The position numbers and the translations under genes are program-made. DNA of 64,000 nucleotides from an uncultured virus (IMG/VR IMGVR_UViG_3300010262_000228) (Duplodnaviria; Heunggongvirae; Uroviricota; Caudoviricetes). Of this stretch, positions 1 through 10,142 are shown piece after piece; the stretch's first letter is position 1; every line of letters starts with the position of its first letter. A model generated the notes under the pieces. That model searched no databases and was not told where the DNA came from. It saw nothing but the letters and a program-made list of their open reading frames with translations. Location of the stretch: IMG/VR virus record IMGVR_UViG_3300010262_000228; one strand, 5' to 3'.

Positions 1-44
1 TGAAAAGTTTTGGGTCTCAAAAAGCATAGCACATTATGTGAAGC

Positions 45-78
45 AACTGCGCCAGGAATCCTCTCCTGGCGCAGTTTT
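45..78. terminator. Intrinsic terminator-like hairpin
   Basis: 13-bp stem AACTGCGCCAGGA (45-57) / TCCTGGCGCAGTT (64-76) followed by T run. Confidence 0.6.
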
Positions 79-322
79 CACATCTGTTCTTCTCATAACG
101 ACCATGATTAAATAAACGCTGTTATGTTGAGCTTCACATAATAGTGTTGCCATCCCCTGCGTGGAATTTATCATGGACAGACTAGCAGTTGCCGTTCTCT
201 GTGCATGACCTTCTCCATTATGCTTGGGTTTACACCTTCTTCTTTGTTGGTGTTGGTAATAGCTTTTGCCAATAGCTTTAGATATACTTGCGTTGCAAAA
301 TCGAGGAAAGGAGCAACGGCTC

Positions 323-655
323 ATGGCAGAGAAAACAAAAAATCTATGCGCACAAATCCCCGAGTCCCTGCATGACATGGTCCGAACCAGGCAGCAGGAA
401 TCCGGCAAGACCCTGAGTGAATACATCACAGAGCTGCTCACAAATTACTATAACAATCAGAAAGGACTGGGAACCATGGAAAACACAAGAACTCTCGCGG
501 TGCAAATCGATGCCGAGCTGTTCGACCGGCTTGATGACTACCTGAAGAAGAACAAACTCAAGAAACGGAACTTCATCAGTGACCTCATTCGCAAGGTGCT
601 GGATGAAGCAGAGCGGACAGAAGATGCTCCCGCTCCGTCCAATGATGCGGAGTGA
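323..655 (+). CDS. Small DNA-binding protein, probably tandem ribbon-helix-helix
   Basis: AAGGAG RBS before ATG 323; two similar units NLCAQIPESLH..V / TLAVQIDAELF..L. Confidence 0.6.
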   Translation: MAEKTKNLCAQIPESLHDMVRTRQQESGKTLSEYITELLTNYYNNQKGLGTMENTRTLAVQIDAELFDRLDDYLKKNKLKKRNFISDLIRKVLDEAERTEDAPAPSNDAE

Positions 656-663
656 TCGATCAG

Positions 664-700
664 GAAGGCTGGTGCAGGCGCACCGGCCTTCTCTCTGTTT
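664..700 (+). terminator. Terminator-like hairpin after RHH gene
   Basis: GAAGGCTGGTGC / GCACCGGCCTTC then pyrimidine run. Confidence 0.5.
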
Positions 701-708
701 AAGGAGGT

Positions 709-978
709 GTGGAAGTGTTTATCTACCCTGACAACCTAAAGGCGAAAGCAAAGCTGTGGCTGTGGGAACTGAAGGATGTGGCCGTCATCGGCATTGGTCT
801 TCTGTTCTCTGTATTGGCGCTGACTCAGGGCGCGGGAATGTTCCTGTTGGTGGTGACCGTCTCGTATGCCTTTCTCTCTATCCGCACGGACGGCGCCAGC
901 ATACTGGACTACCTCAAGTGTGCGGTCTGCTTTCTGTTCCTGCATCAGCAATATTTTGAATGGGGGCCAACACAATGA
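709..978 (+). CDS. PrgI/VirB3-like small membrane conjugation protein
   Basis: 89 aa, two hydrophobic segments, AAGGAG RBS, upstream of VirB4. Confidence 0.65.
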   Translation: MEVFIYPDNLKAKAKLWLWELKDVAVIGIGLLFSVLALTQGAGMFLLVVTVSYAFLSIRTDGASILDYLKCAVCFLFLHQQYFEWGPTQ

Positions 979-1562
979 ATCGAAAACAGAAAAAGGAGCT
1001 GCGGCAGCATCAGACTACCCGGCAGCTCATGGGCATTGAACAACTCACCGAACACGGCATCAAAACTGCCAGAGGTGAGCTGATCTTTTACCTCATTAAG
1101 CCGGATAACCTGTCCATCCAGTCAGACGAGGGTGTGCGTAGTCGAGTTCTTGCGCTCACGAACCTGCTATGCAGCACTGATGACTTGTACCTGTTGGCGC
1201 TGGACTCCCGCGAGTCCTTTCAGCAAAACAAGAACTACTACCGCGACAGGCTGGACAAGGAGGAAATACCCGCTCTACGGAAACTGCTCCAACAGGATAT
1301 GGCATACCTTGATGCAATCCAAGCGAGCACCGCTTCCTCTCGGGAGTTTGCCTTAGTCCATTTCATAGAAAAAACCGCTAATGCCGATCCCGGTTATGCA
1401 GTGCGGCTGGAAAAGTCTATCCGTGACTTTGGCTTCTATGTCCGAAAGGCCACGGAGCAGGACATTATGCGCTTGCTGGCCGTCTATTATCAGCAGGACA
1501 TCACCACGGAGGTTTTTGAACACTACGATGGGGAAAGGTGGTTTGCCAGAAATGGAATATAA
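975..1562 (+). CDS. Conjugation protein (TrsD-like) preceding VirB4
   Basis: ATGA overlap with previous gene; operon position. Confidence 0.6.
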   Translation: MNRKQKKELRQHQTTRQLMGIEQLTEHGIKTARGELIFYLIKPDNLSIQSDEGVRSRVLALTNLLCSTDDLYLLALDSRESFQQNKNYYRDRLDKEEIPALRKLLQQDMAYLDAIQASTASSREFALVHFIEKTANADPGYAVRLEKSIRDFGFYVRKATEQDIMRLLAVYYQQDITTEVFEHYDGERWFARNGI

Positions 1563-1797
1563 GAACATCAGGATCTCATGCATTCCCGACTGCGGGGAAA
1601 ACGAGGGCGGTTACTTCTGCGAAGTGTATGCTCAGGACTGCGATGACCGCATGGACTCCTTCTGCATCCACCCCTTCGAGCTGGAGGAAAACCCCGACCC
1701 AGAATACTGGATGCGGGAGTATGCGGAGAACACCTATGAAGCCTATGTGCGGGAGGGGCTTGTGCAGCCTGCTCCCATGCAGAGCCAGACCATGTGA
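1552..1797 (+). CDS. Small acidic hypothetical protein (81 aa), ends PMQSQTM
   Basis: AAAGGTGG RBS before ATG 1552; fills the gap before VirB4. Confidence 0.6.
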   Translation: MEYKNIRISCIPDCGENEGGYFCEVYAQDCDDRMDSFCIHPFELEENPDPEYWMREYAENTYEAYVREGLVQPAPMQSQTM

Positions 1798-1809
1798 GGA
1801 GGTGCGAAA

Positions 1810-3666
1810 ATGGCAACGAAAAAAGTGCAGAAGAAAAAAGGAAAGCCTGCGGCGAAACCGGCCCCGGCCGCACCGCCCAAAGACTTCCTCGACATGATCG
1901 CCCCCGCCGCCGTCCGGTTCAACACAGATCACTATATCCTTGGCGGGACATACCGGTGCGTCCTTGCGCTGAAAAGCTATCCGGTCACTACCGAAGAACT
2001 GGCAATCCTGCGGCACCTGGGTGAGAAAAGCGGTGTGACATTGCGAATCTATAATCATCGGGTCACCCCAGCCGAGCAAAACGCTATCATCCACAATGCC
2101 GCCAACAAAAACCGTATGGAGCGGAGCAACACCAATAACCTCCAGCAAAGCGTAACTGCCGAAGCAAAGCTGCAGGATGTGGTCACGCTGATCAATTCCA
2201 CAAACCGCAATCAGGAGCCGCTCATCCACTGCGCAGTATTTCTCGAGCTGTCTGCCAGCGACACGGAGAGTCTGCGGACACTACGTGATGAGGTGATGGC
2301 AGAGCTGACCCGTGCAAAGATTAGCGCTGACCGCATCCTGCTCCGCCAGCGGGAAGGCTTCGGTGCTGTGAATCCGGCAGGACACAACACCTTCGGCGCG
2401 CTCTATGAGCGAGTTCTGCCTGCCTCGTCTGTTGCCAACCTTTACCCTTTTAACTATTCCGGCAAGACAGATCCTCATGGATTCTATATCGGAAAGGACA
2501 GGTACGGGTCCAACATCATCGTGGATCTGGAACGTCGCAGTGATGACAAGACCACTGGCAGCGTCCTTGTGCTTGGAAATAGTGGTCAAGGCAAAAGTTA
2601 TCTGCAAAAGCTCCTTCTCTGCAATGTGCTGGAGAGCGGCAAAAATGTGCTGTGCTTCGATACCGAGCATGAACTGAAGGATCTCTGCACCAGTCTGGGC
2701 GGGTGCTTCACCGATATGATGAGCGGCCAATACATCATTAACCCGCTTGAACCGAAACTGTGGAGCATCGATTCTCTGATGGAGGCGAAAGAGGATTTTG
2801 AAGCCCCGCCAGCTTTCCGGGAACAATCAAAACTTTCCCAGCATATTTCTTTCCTGAAAGATTTCTTCAAATCGTACAAGGATTTTTCCGACCGGCACAT
2901 CGACACAATCGAACTGATGCTGGAACGGCTCTACAACAAATGGAGTCTGAATGACCGAACTAACTTCTCTGTTCTGAATCCCAACGACTATCCCATCATG
3001 GCCGACCTGTACGATGTGATCGAGGAAGCATATCAGAACTATGACAGAGAAGAAAATCCTCTGTATCCCCGTGAACTTCTACAAGAGGTGCTACTGGGAC
3101 TACACTCCATGTGCCGTGGGGCTGACAGCAAGTTTTTCAATGGCCATACCAATATTACTTCTCACCGTTTCCTCGTGTTCGGTGTCCGCGATCTGGTGCA
3201 GACCGGTGGAAGTCTCTGCAACGCCATGCTGTTCAACATCCTGTCCTACTTCAGCAACAAGCTGCTGGTGGAGGGCAACACCGTGGCCGGACTGGACGAG
3301 CTTCATGTGTGGATCGCCAACCAGACGGCAATCCAGTACATTCGAAATGTCCTTAAGCGTGCGAGAAAGCGAGACTCAAGCCTGATCCTTGCTTCACAGA
3401 ATCTTGAGGACTTCACGCTCCCTGGCATTGCCGAGCTGACTCGCCCACTGTTCTCTATTCCCACCCACCAGTTCATCTTCAATTGCGGAAATGTCGACAG
3501 GAGGTTCTACATGGACAACCTCCAGTTGGAGAAATCCGAATACGATCTCATTCAACATTCGGAGCGCGGAATCTGTCTTTATAAATGCGGAAACGAGCGG
3601 TACCATCTGGATGTCCGTGCGCCGGAATATAAGGAGTCCCTGTTTGGCAAGGCAGGAGGAAAATAA
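1810..3666 (+). CDS. virB4: VirB4-family T4SS ATPase
   Basis: Walker A GNSGQGKS, Walker B LDELH, RARKR..ILASQN motif. Confidence 0.9.
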   Translation: MATKKVQKKKGKPAAKPAPAAPPKDFLDMIAPAAVRFNTDHYILGGTYRCVLALKSYPVTTEELAILRHLGEKSGVTLRIYNHRVTPAEQNAIIHNAANKNRMERSNTNNLQQSVTAEAKLQDVVTLINSTNRNQEPLIHCAVFLELSASDTESLRTLRDEVMAELTRAKISADRILLRQREGFGAVNPAGHNTFGALYERVLPASSVANLYPFNYSGKTDPHGFYIGKDRYGSNIIVDLERRSDDKTTGSVLVLGNSGQGKSYLQKLLLCNVLESGKNVLCFDTEHELKDLCTSLGGCFTDMMSGQYIINPLEPKLWSIDSLMEAKEDFEAPPAFREQSKLSQHISFLKDFFKSYKDFSDRHIDTIELMLERLYNKWSLNDRTNFSVLNPNDYPIMADLYDVIEEAYQNYDREENPLYPRELLQEVLLGLHSMCRGADSKFFNGHTNITSHRFLVFGVRDLVQTGGSLCNAMLFNILSYFSNKLLVEGNTVAGLDELHVWIANQTAIQYIRNVLKRARKRDSSLILASQNLEDFTLPGIAELTRPLFSIPTHQFIFNCGNVDRRFYMDNLQLEKSEYDLIQHSERGICLYKCGNERYHLDVRAPEYKESLFGKAGGK

Positions 3667-3668
3667 TT

Positions 3669-4865
3669 ATGGCTGTTGATCCTGTAACCATTGCTAAGAT
3701 CGCCGCCGCTGCGTTATCCGATGAGAGAGTTCGGAAAGGCATTGGTTGGATGCTGGTGGCGATTTTGGCACCACTCATCCTGCTGATAGCGGTGATATGC
3801 TCCTTCGCCTCCGGTGGTGCAGATCACAACAACGCAACTGTGGAGGCGTGCTTTTATGGAACCAGCTTCTCAGCGGAAGTCCCGGCTGAGTTTCGCAGCT
3901 ATGTCTCGGAGATGCAGTCGGCTTTTTCCTCTCTGGATTCGGCGGTTGCGTCTGTTAACAGTCAGATGGAAGATGGAAGTCTTGATCCAGTCAGGGTCAA
4001 GGCGATTTTTTATGCCCTCTGCTTTGGCGCGGATATCCCGGCCACCGCAACGGCAAACAATGTGGTCGGGTGTTACTACACCACCGAGACCCGCACCAGG
4101 ATAGTGCAGGTGGAACAGGAGGACGGAACGATCACAGAGGAGGAAGAAGAATATACGGTCGCGGTGCCTGTCAGTTTGGAGAGCGCCTATGCAAACCTCG
4201 CTGCCCTGTTGGGGTATGCGGTTACCGAAGAGCACAGAAGCAACGCCGACCATATCTACACCATGATTGCAGGTGCGGTCGGCGGCGACGGGAGCTACAG
4301 CGGCGAGTATGAGCGAGGGACAACCTACAGCGTGGCGCTGGACATCTCCGGGTTCACGGACCCGGCCACCAAGAACGCAGCCGACCTCGTGGCCTATGCC
4401 ATCCACGCATGGGAATCCGGCTGGGGATATGTCTGGGGCACATACGGCAACGTGCTGACCGATTCTCTCTTCAACTACAAGCTGGAGCAGTACCCAGACG
4501 GCGTTGGCAACCATGAGGAGTTCATCGAAGCCAACTGGCTCGGCGGCAGGACCACTGACTGCGTGGGACTGATCAAAGGCTATGGCTGGCTCGACCCGGA
4601 TACGCTGACCATCGGATACGCCACCAACGGAATGCCTGACTACGGTGCCAACCAGATGTATCGAAGTGCATCCGTGTCCGGCACCATCGACACCATCCCA
4701 GAGATCCCCGGACTGGCTGTGTGGTGCGACGGGCACATCGGTGTCTACATCGGCAACGGCGAGGTCATCGAGGCCATGGGCACCAAGTACGGCGTAGTCA
4801 AAACCAAGCTGGCAGACCGCAACTGGACGCACTGGCTGGAGATCGAATACATCAACTACGACTAA
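3669..4865 (+). CDS. Conjugation cell-wall hydrolase with C-terminal NlpC/P60-like domain
   Basis: N-terminal TM; DCVGLIKGY and GHIGVYIGNGEVIEA catalytic Cys/His motifs. Confidence 0.8.
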   Translation: MAVDPVTIAKIAAAALSDERVRKGIGWMLVAILAPLILLIAVICSFASGGADHNNATVEACFYGTSFSAEVPAEFRSYVSEMQSAFSSLDSAVASVNSQMEDGSLDPVRVKAIFYALCFGADIPATATANNVVGCYYTTETRTRIVQVEQEDGTITEEEEEYTVAVPVSLESAYANLAALLGYAVTEEHRSNADHIYTMIAGAVGGDGSYSGEYERGTTYSVALDISGFTDPATKNAADLVAYAIHAWESGWGYVWGTYGNVLTDSLFNYKLEQYPDGVGNHEEFIEANWLGGRTTDCVGLIKGYGWLDPDTLTIGYATNGMPDYGANQMYRSASVSGTIDTIPEIPGLAVWCDGHIGVYIGNGEVIEAMGTKYGVVKTKLADRNWTHWLEIEYINYD

Positions 4866-4883
4866 TGCAGAAAGGGTAATGAC

Positions 4884-5174
4884 ATGGCAAACATTGAAAT
4901 AACCCTCTCCTTCGATGAGAACAAACACCGCGCGCTGGAGTTTGCTCTGAGCAAGGAGAACACAACTGTGCGGGAGCGTCTGGAGCAGGCGCTCTCGCAG
5001 CTTTATGAGCAGGCCGTGCCGGAGCCGGTGCGTGAGTATGTGGAGAGCTTCAATCCGCCTCCCGCAAAATCCAAGCGTCCGGTCAGGTCTGCAAACAAAC
5101 CACAGCCGAAGGTTGAGCCGCCGCAGGCGGCACCCTCTGCTATCGCGTCTAAAAATGAGGAGGTGCAACAATGA
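4884..5174 (+). CDS. DUF6103-like small ICE protein
   Basis: ITLSFDENKHRALEFAL...LYEQAVPEPVREYV pattern; in tra operon. Confidence 0.6.
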   Translation: MANIEITLSFDENKHRALEFALSKENTTVRERLEQALSQLYEQAVPEPVREYVESFNPPPAKSKRPVRSANKPQPKVEPPQAAPSAIASKNEEVQQ

Positions 5175-6214
5175 CGCAGCGAGAGATTACGCTCTGGGTA
5201 GACGAGCGTTGGTGCAAAGCACTGGAAAAACATCTGCTGGACGGTACAGTCGCTGAGAAGCTTGAGGAACACATCGATGAGTTGGTAAACCGGCTACCGG
5301 AAAATGTGTACGAGCGGATTAGCAGTGAGATCTGGCAGGAGCGAGAACAAGCAAAGATAGAAGCGGAAGCCGCGCGCCGTTTCGCAGTCCTCCATGTGAC
5401 CGAGGCCGGAAACTCTACCTACCTTGTGGCCGAAGAAAATTTGGATATGCTTCATGTGGCAGACCGACTGCGAAGATACACACGGAAGCCACCTGAAAAC
5501 TCACCCTCGCGTCTTACCGGAATGTTCTCCAGGGGAGAAAAAATATCCCGCGAACAGTTCGATGTCTATGTGCAGGAGTGGCTGGAGAACACCGGACGTG
5601 TGGTCGGCGCATTCGACATCGACCTTGACCGGGGACGCTTCGATGCCCTTCACATCATGGATGGATGGCAGTGCTTCCGAACTCAGGATGTCAGCACGGC
5701 AGTCTACTTCGCAATGAAGAAAAGTGTTGCATCTCAGGATGAGCGGTGGCGAGTATTCCTGGACCGACTGGATGGGAAGCAGCTCACGCATGAAATGGAG
5801 CCGGGGTACATCTCTGGAAGTCAGACTCTCCGCGCAGAGGACGTCTCCTTCGCGGAGGACATCGTGCAGAATGAAAACCTGCTGGAGTTCTACATAGAGG
5901 TCTGCTTCGATGCAGACAAAGTGTTCGGCACTCATGTCTGCACCACCGAGAATGATGACTACCTGAATGTGTACGCCAACTACGATATGGAGAAACAGCA
6001 AGTCGCTGACACGCTGGAGGTGTATCTGGTGCGCGGCAGCGGCGGTGAGCAGGACTACAAGTACCGTCTCAATGATGAGGAGAAGGAACTCCTGCTCCCC
6101 AAGATGGAGGAATACTGTCAACAGCATTGGGGCCAGAGTCTAGACGAGTGCTGTCAGCAGTACCTATCCGAGCAACAGCAGGAGCAGCAGAGTGGCGGGA
6201 TGACATTCGGATGA
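5171..6214 (+). CDS. Hypothetical ICE protein, ends QEQQSGGMTFG
   Basis: 347 aa, GAGGAGG RBS, overlaps previous stop. Confidence 0.75.
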   Translation: MTQREITLWVDERWCKALEKHLLDGTVAEKLEEHIDELVNRLPENVYERISSEIWQEREQAKIEAEAARRFAVLHVTEAGNSTYLVAEENLDMLHVADRLRRYTRKPPENSPSRLTGMFSRGEKISREQFDVYVQEWLENTGRVVGAFDIDLDRGRFDALHIMDGWQCFRTQDVSTAVYFAMKKSVASQDERWRVFLDRLDGKQLTHEMEPGYISGSQTLRAEDVSFAEDIVQNENLLEFYIEVCFDADKVFGTHVCTTENDDYLNVYANYDMEKQQVADTLEVYLVRGSGGEQDYKYRLNDEEKELLLPKMEEYCQQHWGQSLDECCQQYLSEQQQEQQSGGMTFG

Positions 6215-6661
6215 TTCGTTGACGCTGTGTCATGAGGCCGTCTCGCGCCAGCGCGTGGTGGCTCTCGCCGTTCCGCCCTCCGTTGCCGCCTGTGTCGCCC
6301 TGTGTGCGATTTTCTCCCCCACGCCAGCATCCACGCCCACCAGAGGAAACGAGGCCGCCCTGGGAGCCGTTTCGCCGCCTTTTGCCCACATCGGCAGGTT
6401 GCACAATCGACTCCTCGCATGGGGCAGATTTGGGCGGTCGAAAACGGTGCAGGATAAAGCAGGTGGTCGCTTTCGCCCTCCTGCGGCTCACAACGCCCCG
6501 CAATGCGGGTCGTTTGTCCATTTTGCCAGGTGGTCGGTTTTCAAAGCGGTTTGCTGTGCAAGGTGGTCGGAATGATGGAAGGAACCAAGAAACAACCGCA
6601 CTTGCCGCCACTTTTAGGTGGCTGTAAGAGGTGGTTAAACCAATAAAGGAGGCTTTTCCAG
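6215..6661. promoter_or_regulatory. Candidate origin of transfer (oriT) region
   Basis: Non-coding gap directly upstream of RHH + relaxase; AGGTGGTCG three times (6461, 6528, 6561) plus AGGTGG at 6616 and 6629; short inverted repeat CCCGCA-A-TGCGGG. Confidence 0.55.
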
Positions 6662-7114
6662 ATGAAGAAAAATCGAGTAGCATTGGCAGACCCTTTTGAT
6701 GCCAATGATGAGAGTGAAACTAAAACCCGTATCCCTGTTTGGCTGTACCCGTCAACATTAGAAGCGATGGATAGAGTAGCTGAATCAATCAACTGCAAAA
6801 GCAGAAGTGATTTTCTTGAGCGAGCTGCGCAATTCTATGTTGGATACATTACAGAGCAGGATGCCTGTGCCTACCTTCCTCCTGCTCTGGCAACTGCGAT
6901 TCGAGGAACGGTGCAGGATACAGAGAACCGCATCGCGAGACTGCTATTTAAAAACGCGGTGGAACTTGACATGGTGATGAATGTATTGGCAGCAGGCATG
7001 GAGATAAGCGACGACACATTGAAAAGTCTGCGCGCCCGATGCATTCAGAATGTCAAGAAGACTGGCGGCACGGTGAAATTCGATGATGCGGTAAAGTATC
7101 AGCGCGGGGATTAA
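6662..7114 (+). CDS. Relaxosome accessory protein (RHH/MobC-like)
   Basis: RIPVWLYPSTL...SRSDFLERA RHH-like pattern; immediately upstream of relaxase. Confidence 0.65.
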   Translation: MKKNRVALADPFDANDESETKTRIPVWLYPSTLEAMDRVAESINCKSRSDFLERAAQFYVGYITEQDACAYLPPALATAIRGTVQDTENRIARLLFKNAVELDMVMNVLAAGMEISDDTLKSLRARCIQNVKKTGGTVKFDDAVKYQRGD

Positions 7115-7128
7115 GGAAGTGATCACAG

Positions 7129-8613
7129 ATGCCTCGCATCATCATGAAGTGTCCATTCATACGAGGCGGTTCGCAGAAAGCTGTATCACACCTGCGGCAT
7201 TACATCAATTATGTAGCGACCCGTAGTGGCGTTGAGAAAATACAAATTGATAAGCAAGATCTTCCCGCAACCAAGAAACAAAAAGAGTTTGTCAGTCGGA
7301 TCATCAAGGACTTCCCTCTCAGTAAAGGTATGTTTGAGTACGAGGATTTCCTAGCAAAGCAAACTCGCGGCAACGCATCAGAGTTCATCTCCCGTGCGGT
7401 GGAGGACAACTATGACAAGGTTGCTAAACTTGAAAACTACATGCAGTACATCGCACTGCGCCCTGGTGCAGAAAAGATAGAAACACATGGCTTGTTCACT
7501 GCATCAGATGAACGCGTTGTGCTGTCGCAGATCGCAGACATAATCGCCCATCACAAAGGTAACGTGTGGCTGCCCATCATATCGTTGAGACGTGAAGATG
7601 CGCAGCGATTAGGGTATGACAATGTGGAGCAGTGGCAATCGCTCCTACGCTCATGTGCTATGGAGGTAGCCCAGCAGATGCGAATACCCTCGGAGCAGTT
7701 CCGGTGGTATGCTGCATTCCACAACGAGTCATCACATCCTCACATTCATATGGTCTGCTACAGTGAAGATGGGAAAAGTGGTTTTCTCACAACCAAGGGT
7801 ATTGAGAACATCAAGTCCACGCTGGCTAAGGAAATCTTCCGTCAGGAGCTGACGGAGATATATGCGGAACAGACTATCCGACGAAATCGGCTGACGGTGG
7901 ATGCGGAGCAACGCCTGAAGGAACTCATAGAGCAGATGCAGAGTGGCGAAATGGAAAGTAGCCGTATCGAGCAGCTCATGGAAGAACTGTCTCTGCGCCT
8001 GCAAAATCTTTCGGGAAAGAAGCAATATGGGTATCTGAAAGCACCACTGAAATCTCTTGTGGATGAGATTGTAGACGAACTCGCCAAAGACGAGCGGATT
8101 AAGAAAGCCTACGAACTGTGGTATGAGATGCGGGAAGAAGTGCTGCGAACCTATGGTGATAACCTTCCAGAACGACTGCCACTCTCTCAGCAGAAGGAAC
8201 TAAAGCGGATCAAGAATGCGGTCATTGAAGAAGCCATGCGTCTTGGTACGCAGGGGAGCGACCACCAACAGGAGGACACCGATTCCGCAAAAGAAGCAAC
8301 GGAGTCACAACAGATTCCACAGGAAGATGTACCTATGCCTGAAGGCTCACAGCAAAGTGAGAGTAACAAAGCACATCAGGCAACGACATCTTCCACGAGT
8401 GTCCAAAGAAGCAAACCATGGATACCACGGTCTGTACAATGTGCAACAAGGCTCCTACGGCATATGAGTAAGATCTTTGAAGATAATCCGCCTCCCAGAC
8501 AATACAACACTAGATTCACTGACCGGAAGTTACTACAAAAAATTCAGGAACAGAAGATTGCCCACGGTCATAAAGCGGATGACCACGAGGATCAAAGCAT
8601 GTCTATGCAATGA
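7129..8613 (+). CDS. HUH relaxase (MobL/MobP3-type)
   Basis: YINYVATRSGVE, YMQYIALRPG, WLPIISLRREDA, AAFHNESSHPHIH. Confidence 0.85.
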   Translation: MPRIIMKCPFIRGGSQKAVSHLRHYINYVATRSGVEKIQIDKQDLPATKKQKEFVSRIIKDFPLSKGMFEYEDFLAKQTRGNASEFISRAVEDNYDKVAKLENYMQYIALRPGAEKIETHGLFTASDERVVLSQIADIIAHHKGNVWLPIISLRREDAQRLGYDNVEQWQSLLRSCAMEVAQQMRIPSEQFRWYAAFHNESSHPHIHMVCYSEDGKSGFLTTKGIENIKSTLAKEIFRQELTEIYAEQTIRRNRLTVDAEQRLKELIEQMQSGEMESSRIEQLMEELSLRLQNLSGKKQYGYLKAPLKSLVDEIVDELAKDERIKKAYELWYEMREEVLRTYGDNLPERLPLSQQKELKRIKNAVIEEAMRLGTQGSDHQQEDTDSAKEATESQQIPQEDVPMPEGSQQSESNKAHQATTSSTSVQRSKPWIPRSVQCATRLLRHMSKIFEDNPPPRQYNTRFTDRKLLQKIQEQKIAHGHKADDHEDQSMSMQ

Positions 8614-8654
8614 GCTACAGACTCAGGTTAAATTTCCAAACAGGAGGTGGCACC

Positions 8655-10133
8655 ATGCCGTATATCCATTTTACAGATGAACAGAAACAGCGCGCCGCAT
8701 CTGTTGACCTCGTAGAGTTCCTGCGGCGGCAGGGTGAAAAGCTCATCCGCTCTGGCCCTGAGTATCGTCTGGCCAGTGATCACAGCATCACGGTACGCGG
8801 CAGTGAATGGTACGATCATGCAGCCGAGCATGGCGGTGGCCCCGTGTCCTTTGTCAGAAGCTATTATGGTCTCACATACCCGGAGGCAGTCACTCGACTG
8901 CTAGATGGAGAACAAGGGACAGTCATCGAGCGCGGCACCAAGCAAATTGAGCCGGAGAAAAAAGAGTTCGCACTGCCGCCTGCTCACACCGATATGCGCA
9001 GGGTGTATGCCTACCTGCTACAGCGAAGGCTCATTGACCGGGAAGTCCTGTCGGCCTTCGCCCGTGCCGGTCTAATCTACGAGAGCTGTGAAAAAGCCAA
9101 GGATGGAATGAAAGAGTATCACAATGCCGTGTTCGTTGGAAAAGACGAACACGGCATTGCCCGTCATGCACACAAACGAAGTCTGAACAGCGGCGGCAAC
9201 TCTCTGCGAATCAATGTGGAAGGCTGCGATTCACGTTGCAGCTTCCACCACGCCGGGACCAGTGACCGGCTATATGTATTTGAGGCACCCATCGATCTGC
9301 TATCCTTCATCACCCTCTATCCGAAGAACTGGCAGGAGCATAGCTATGTGGCGCTCTGCGGCACATCCAGACACGCCATGCTATGGATGCTGGAGCAGAA
9401 CGCAAGGCTGAACAAGATCGTCCTCTGCATGGATCATGACGAAACAGGCATCGAGGTCAATGGCCGACTTGCGGAAACCTTGCGCGATGCCGGATACAGT
9501 GAAGTGTCCACTCTCCAACCTCGACACAAGGACTGGAACGAGGATCTCAAGGCCAGACATGGCGTAGAGGCGCAGGCTCCGGTGGAGCATCCGCAACTCC
9601 AAATAGCACCAGAGGTCTGTGGACGGATTGGGAAATACAGCGAAAATGCCAGACCGGACATCATCCGGCAGGCTCTTCCGTGGCTGTTGGAGAAGTACCG
9701 CGCCCACATACACTGGGGCCGCTTCGACCATGCTATGACTTGCATGGAGCAGATGTCCGCTCTATCCCTCGCCGCCTATGGCCGGGAGCTACGCCAGCTT
9801 GGTGCCCCAGTCAGCCTCGATGAACTGACAGAAACTCTCCGCAGGCATATTCTGCCCCATCAAAATCGCGGTGTGATCAAAAACCGTGATACGGAAATCG
9901 CTATGGAACTCCAGAGCGTGCTGGCGAAGGGCGATGCCGAGGGCATTCGTACCGAAACAGATAAACGGCAGCTTGCTGACGCTTGGTTTGGACTCGCGGT
10001 GTCCTGTGCCAAGATCCCGGTCAAATATGCAGCGGAGCAACTCAAGCAATATCAAAAGCAGATGGAAGAAGCGAAGCTGTCACCGGAACAAGCAGAGCCA
10101 CCGTCCATGGCGGTGGCTCTGCAAATGATGTAA
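8655..10133 (+). CDS. DUF3991 + Toprim primase-like ICE protein
   Basis: FEAPIDLLS and LCMDHD Toprim motifs, KDWNEDL; GGAGG RBS before ATG 8655. Confidence 0.8.
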   Translation: MPYIHFTDEQKQRAASVDLVEFLRRQGEKLIRSGPEYRLASDHSITVRGSEWYDHAAEHGGGPVSFVRSYYGLTYPEAVTRLLDGEQGTVIERGTKQIEPEKKEFALPPAHTDMRRVYAYLLQRRLIDREVLSAFARAGLIYESCEKAKDGMKEYHNAVFVGKDEHGIARHAHKRSLNSGGNSLRINVEGCDSRCSFHHAGTSDRLYVFEAPIDLLSFITLYPKNWQEHSYVALCGTSRHAMLWMLEQNARLNKIVLCMDHDETGIEVNGRLAETLRDAGYSEVSTLQPRHKDWNEDLKARHGVEAQAPVEHPQLQIAPEVCGRIGKYSENARPDIIRQALPWLLEKYRAHIHWGRFDHAMTCMEQMSALSLAAYGRELRQLGAPVSLDELTETLRRHILPHQNRGVIKNRDTEIAMELQSVLAKGDAEGIRTETDKRQLADAWFGLAVSCAKIPVKYAAEQLKQYQKQMEEAKLSPEQAEPPSMAVALQMM

Positions 10134-10142
10134 CGAAATGAG

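Noticed and set aside
3870..5171. 433-aa minus-strand ORF and similar long antisense ORFs (e.g. 10052-10753, 42949-43629, 62582-63382)
   Set aside because: They shadow well-supported plus-strand genes and show no motifs or RBS.
6069..6683. Overlapping ORFs on both strands in the oriT gap
   Set aside because: Low-complexity Arg/Pro/Gly translations of GC-rich non-coding DNA; no RBS.
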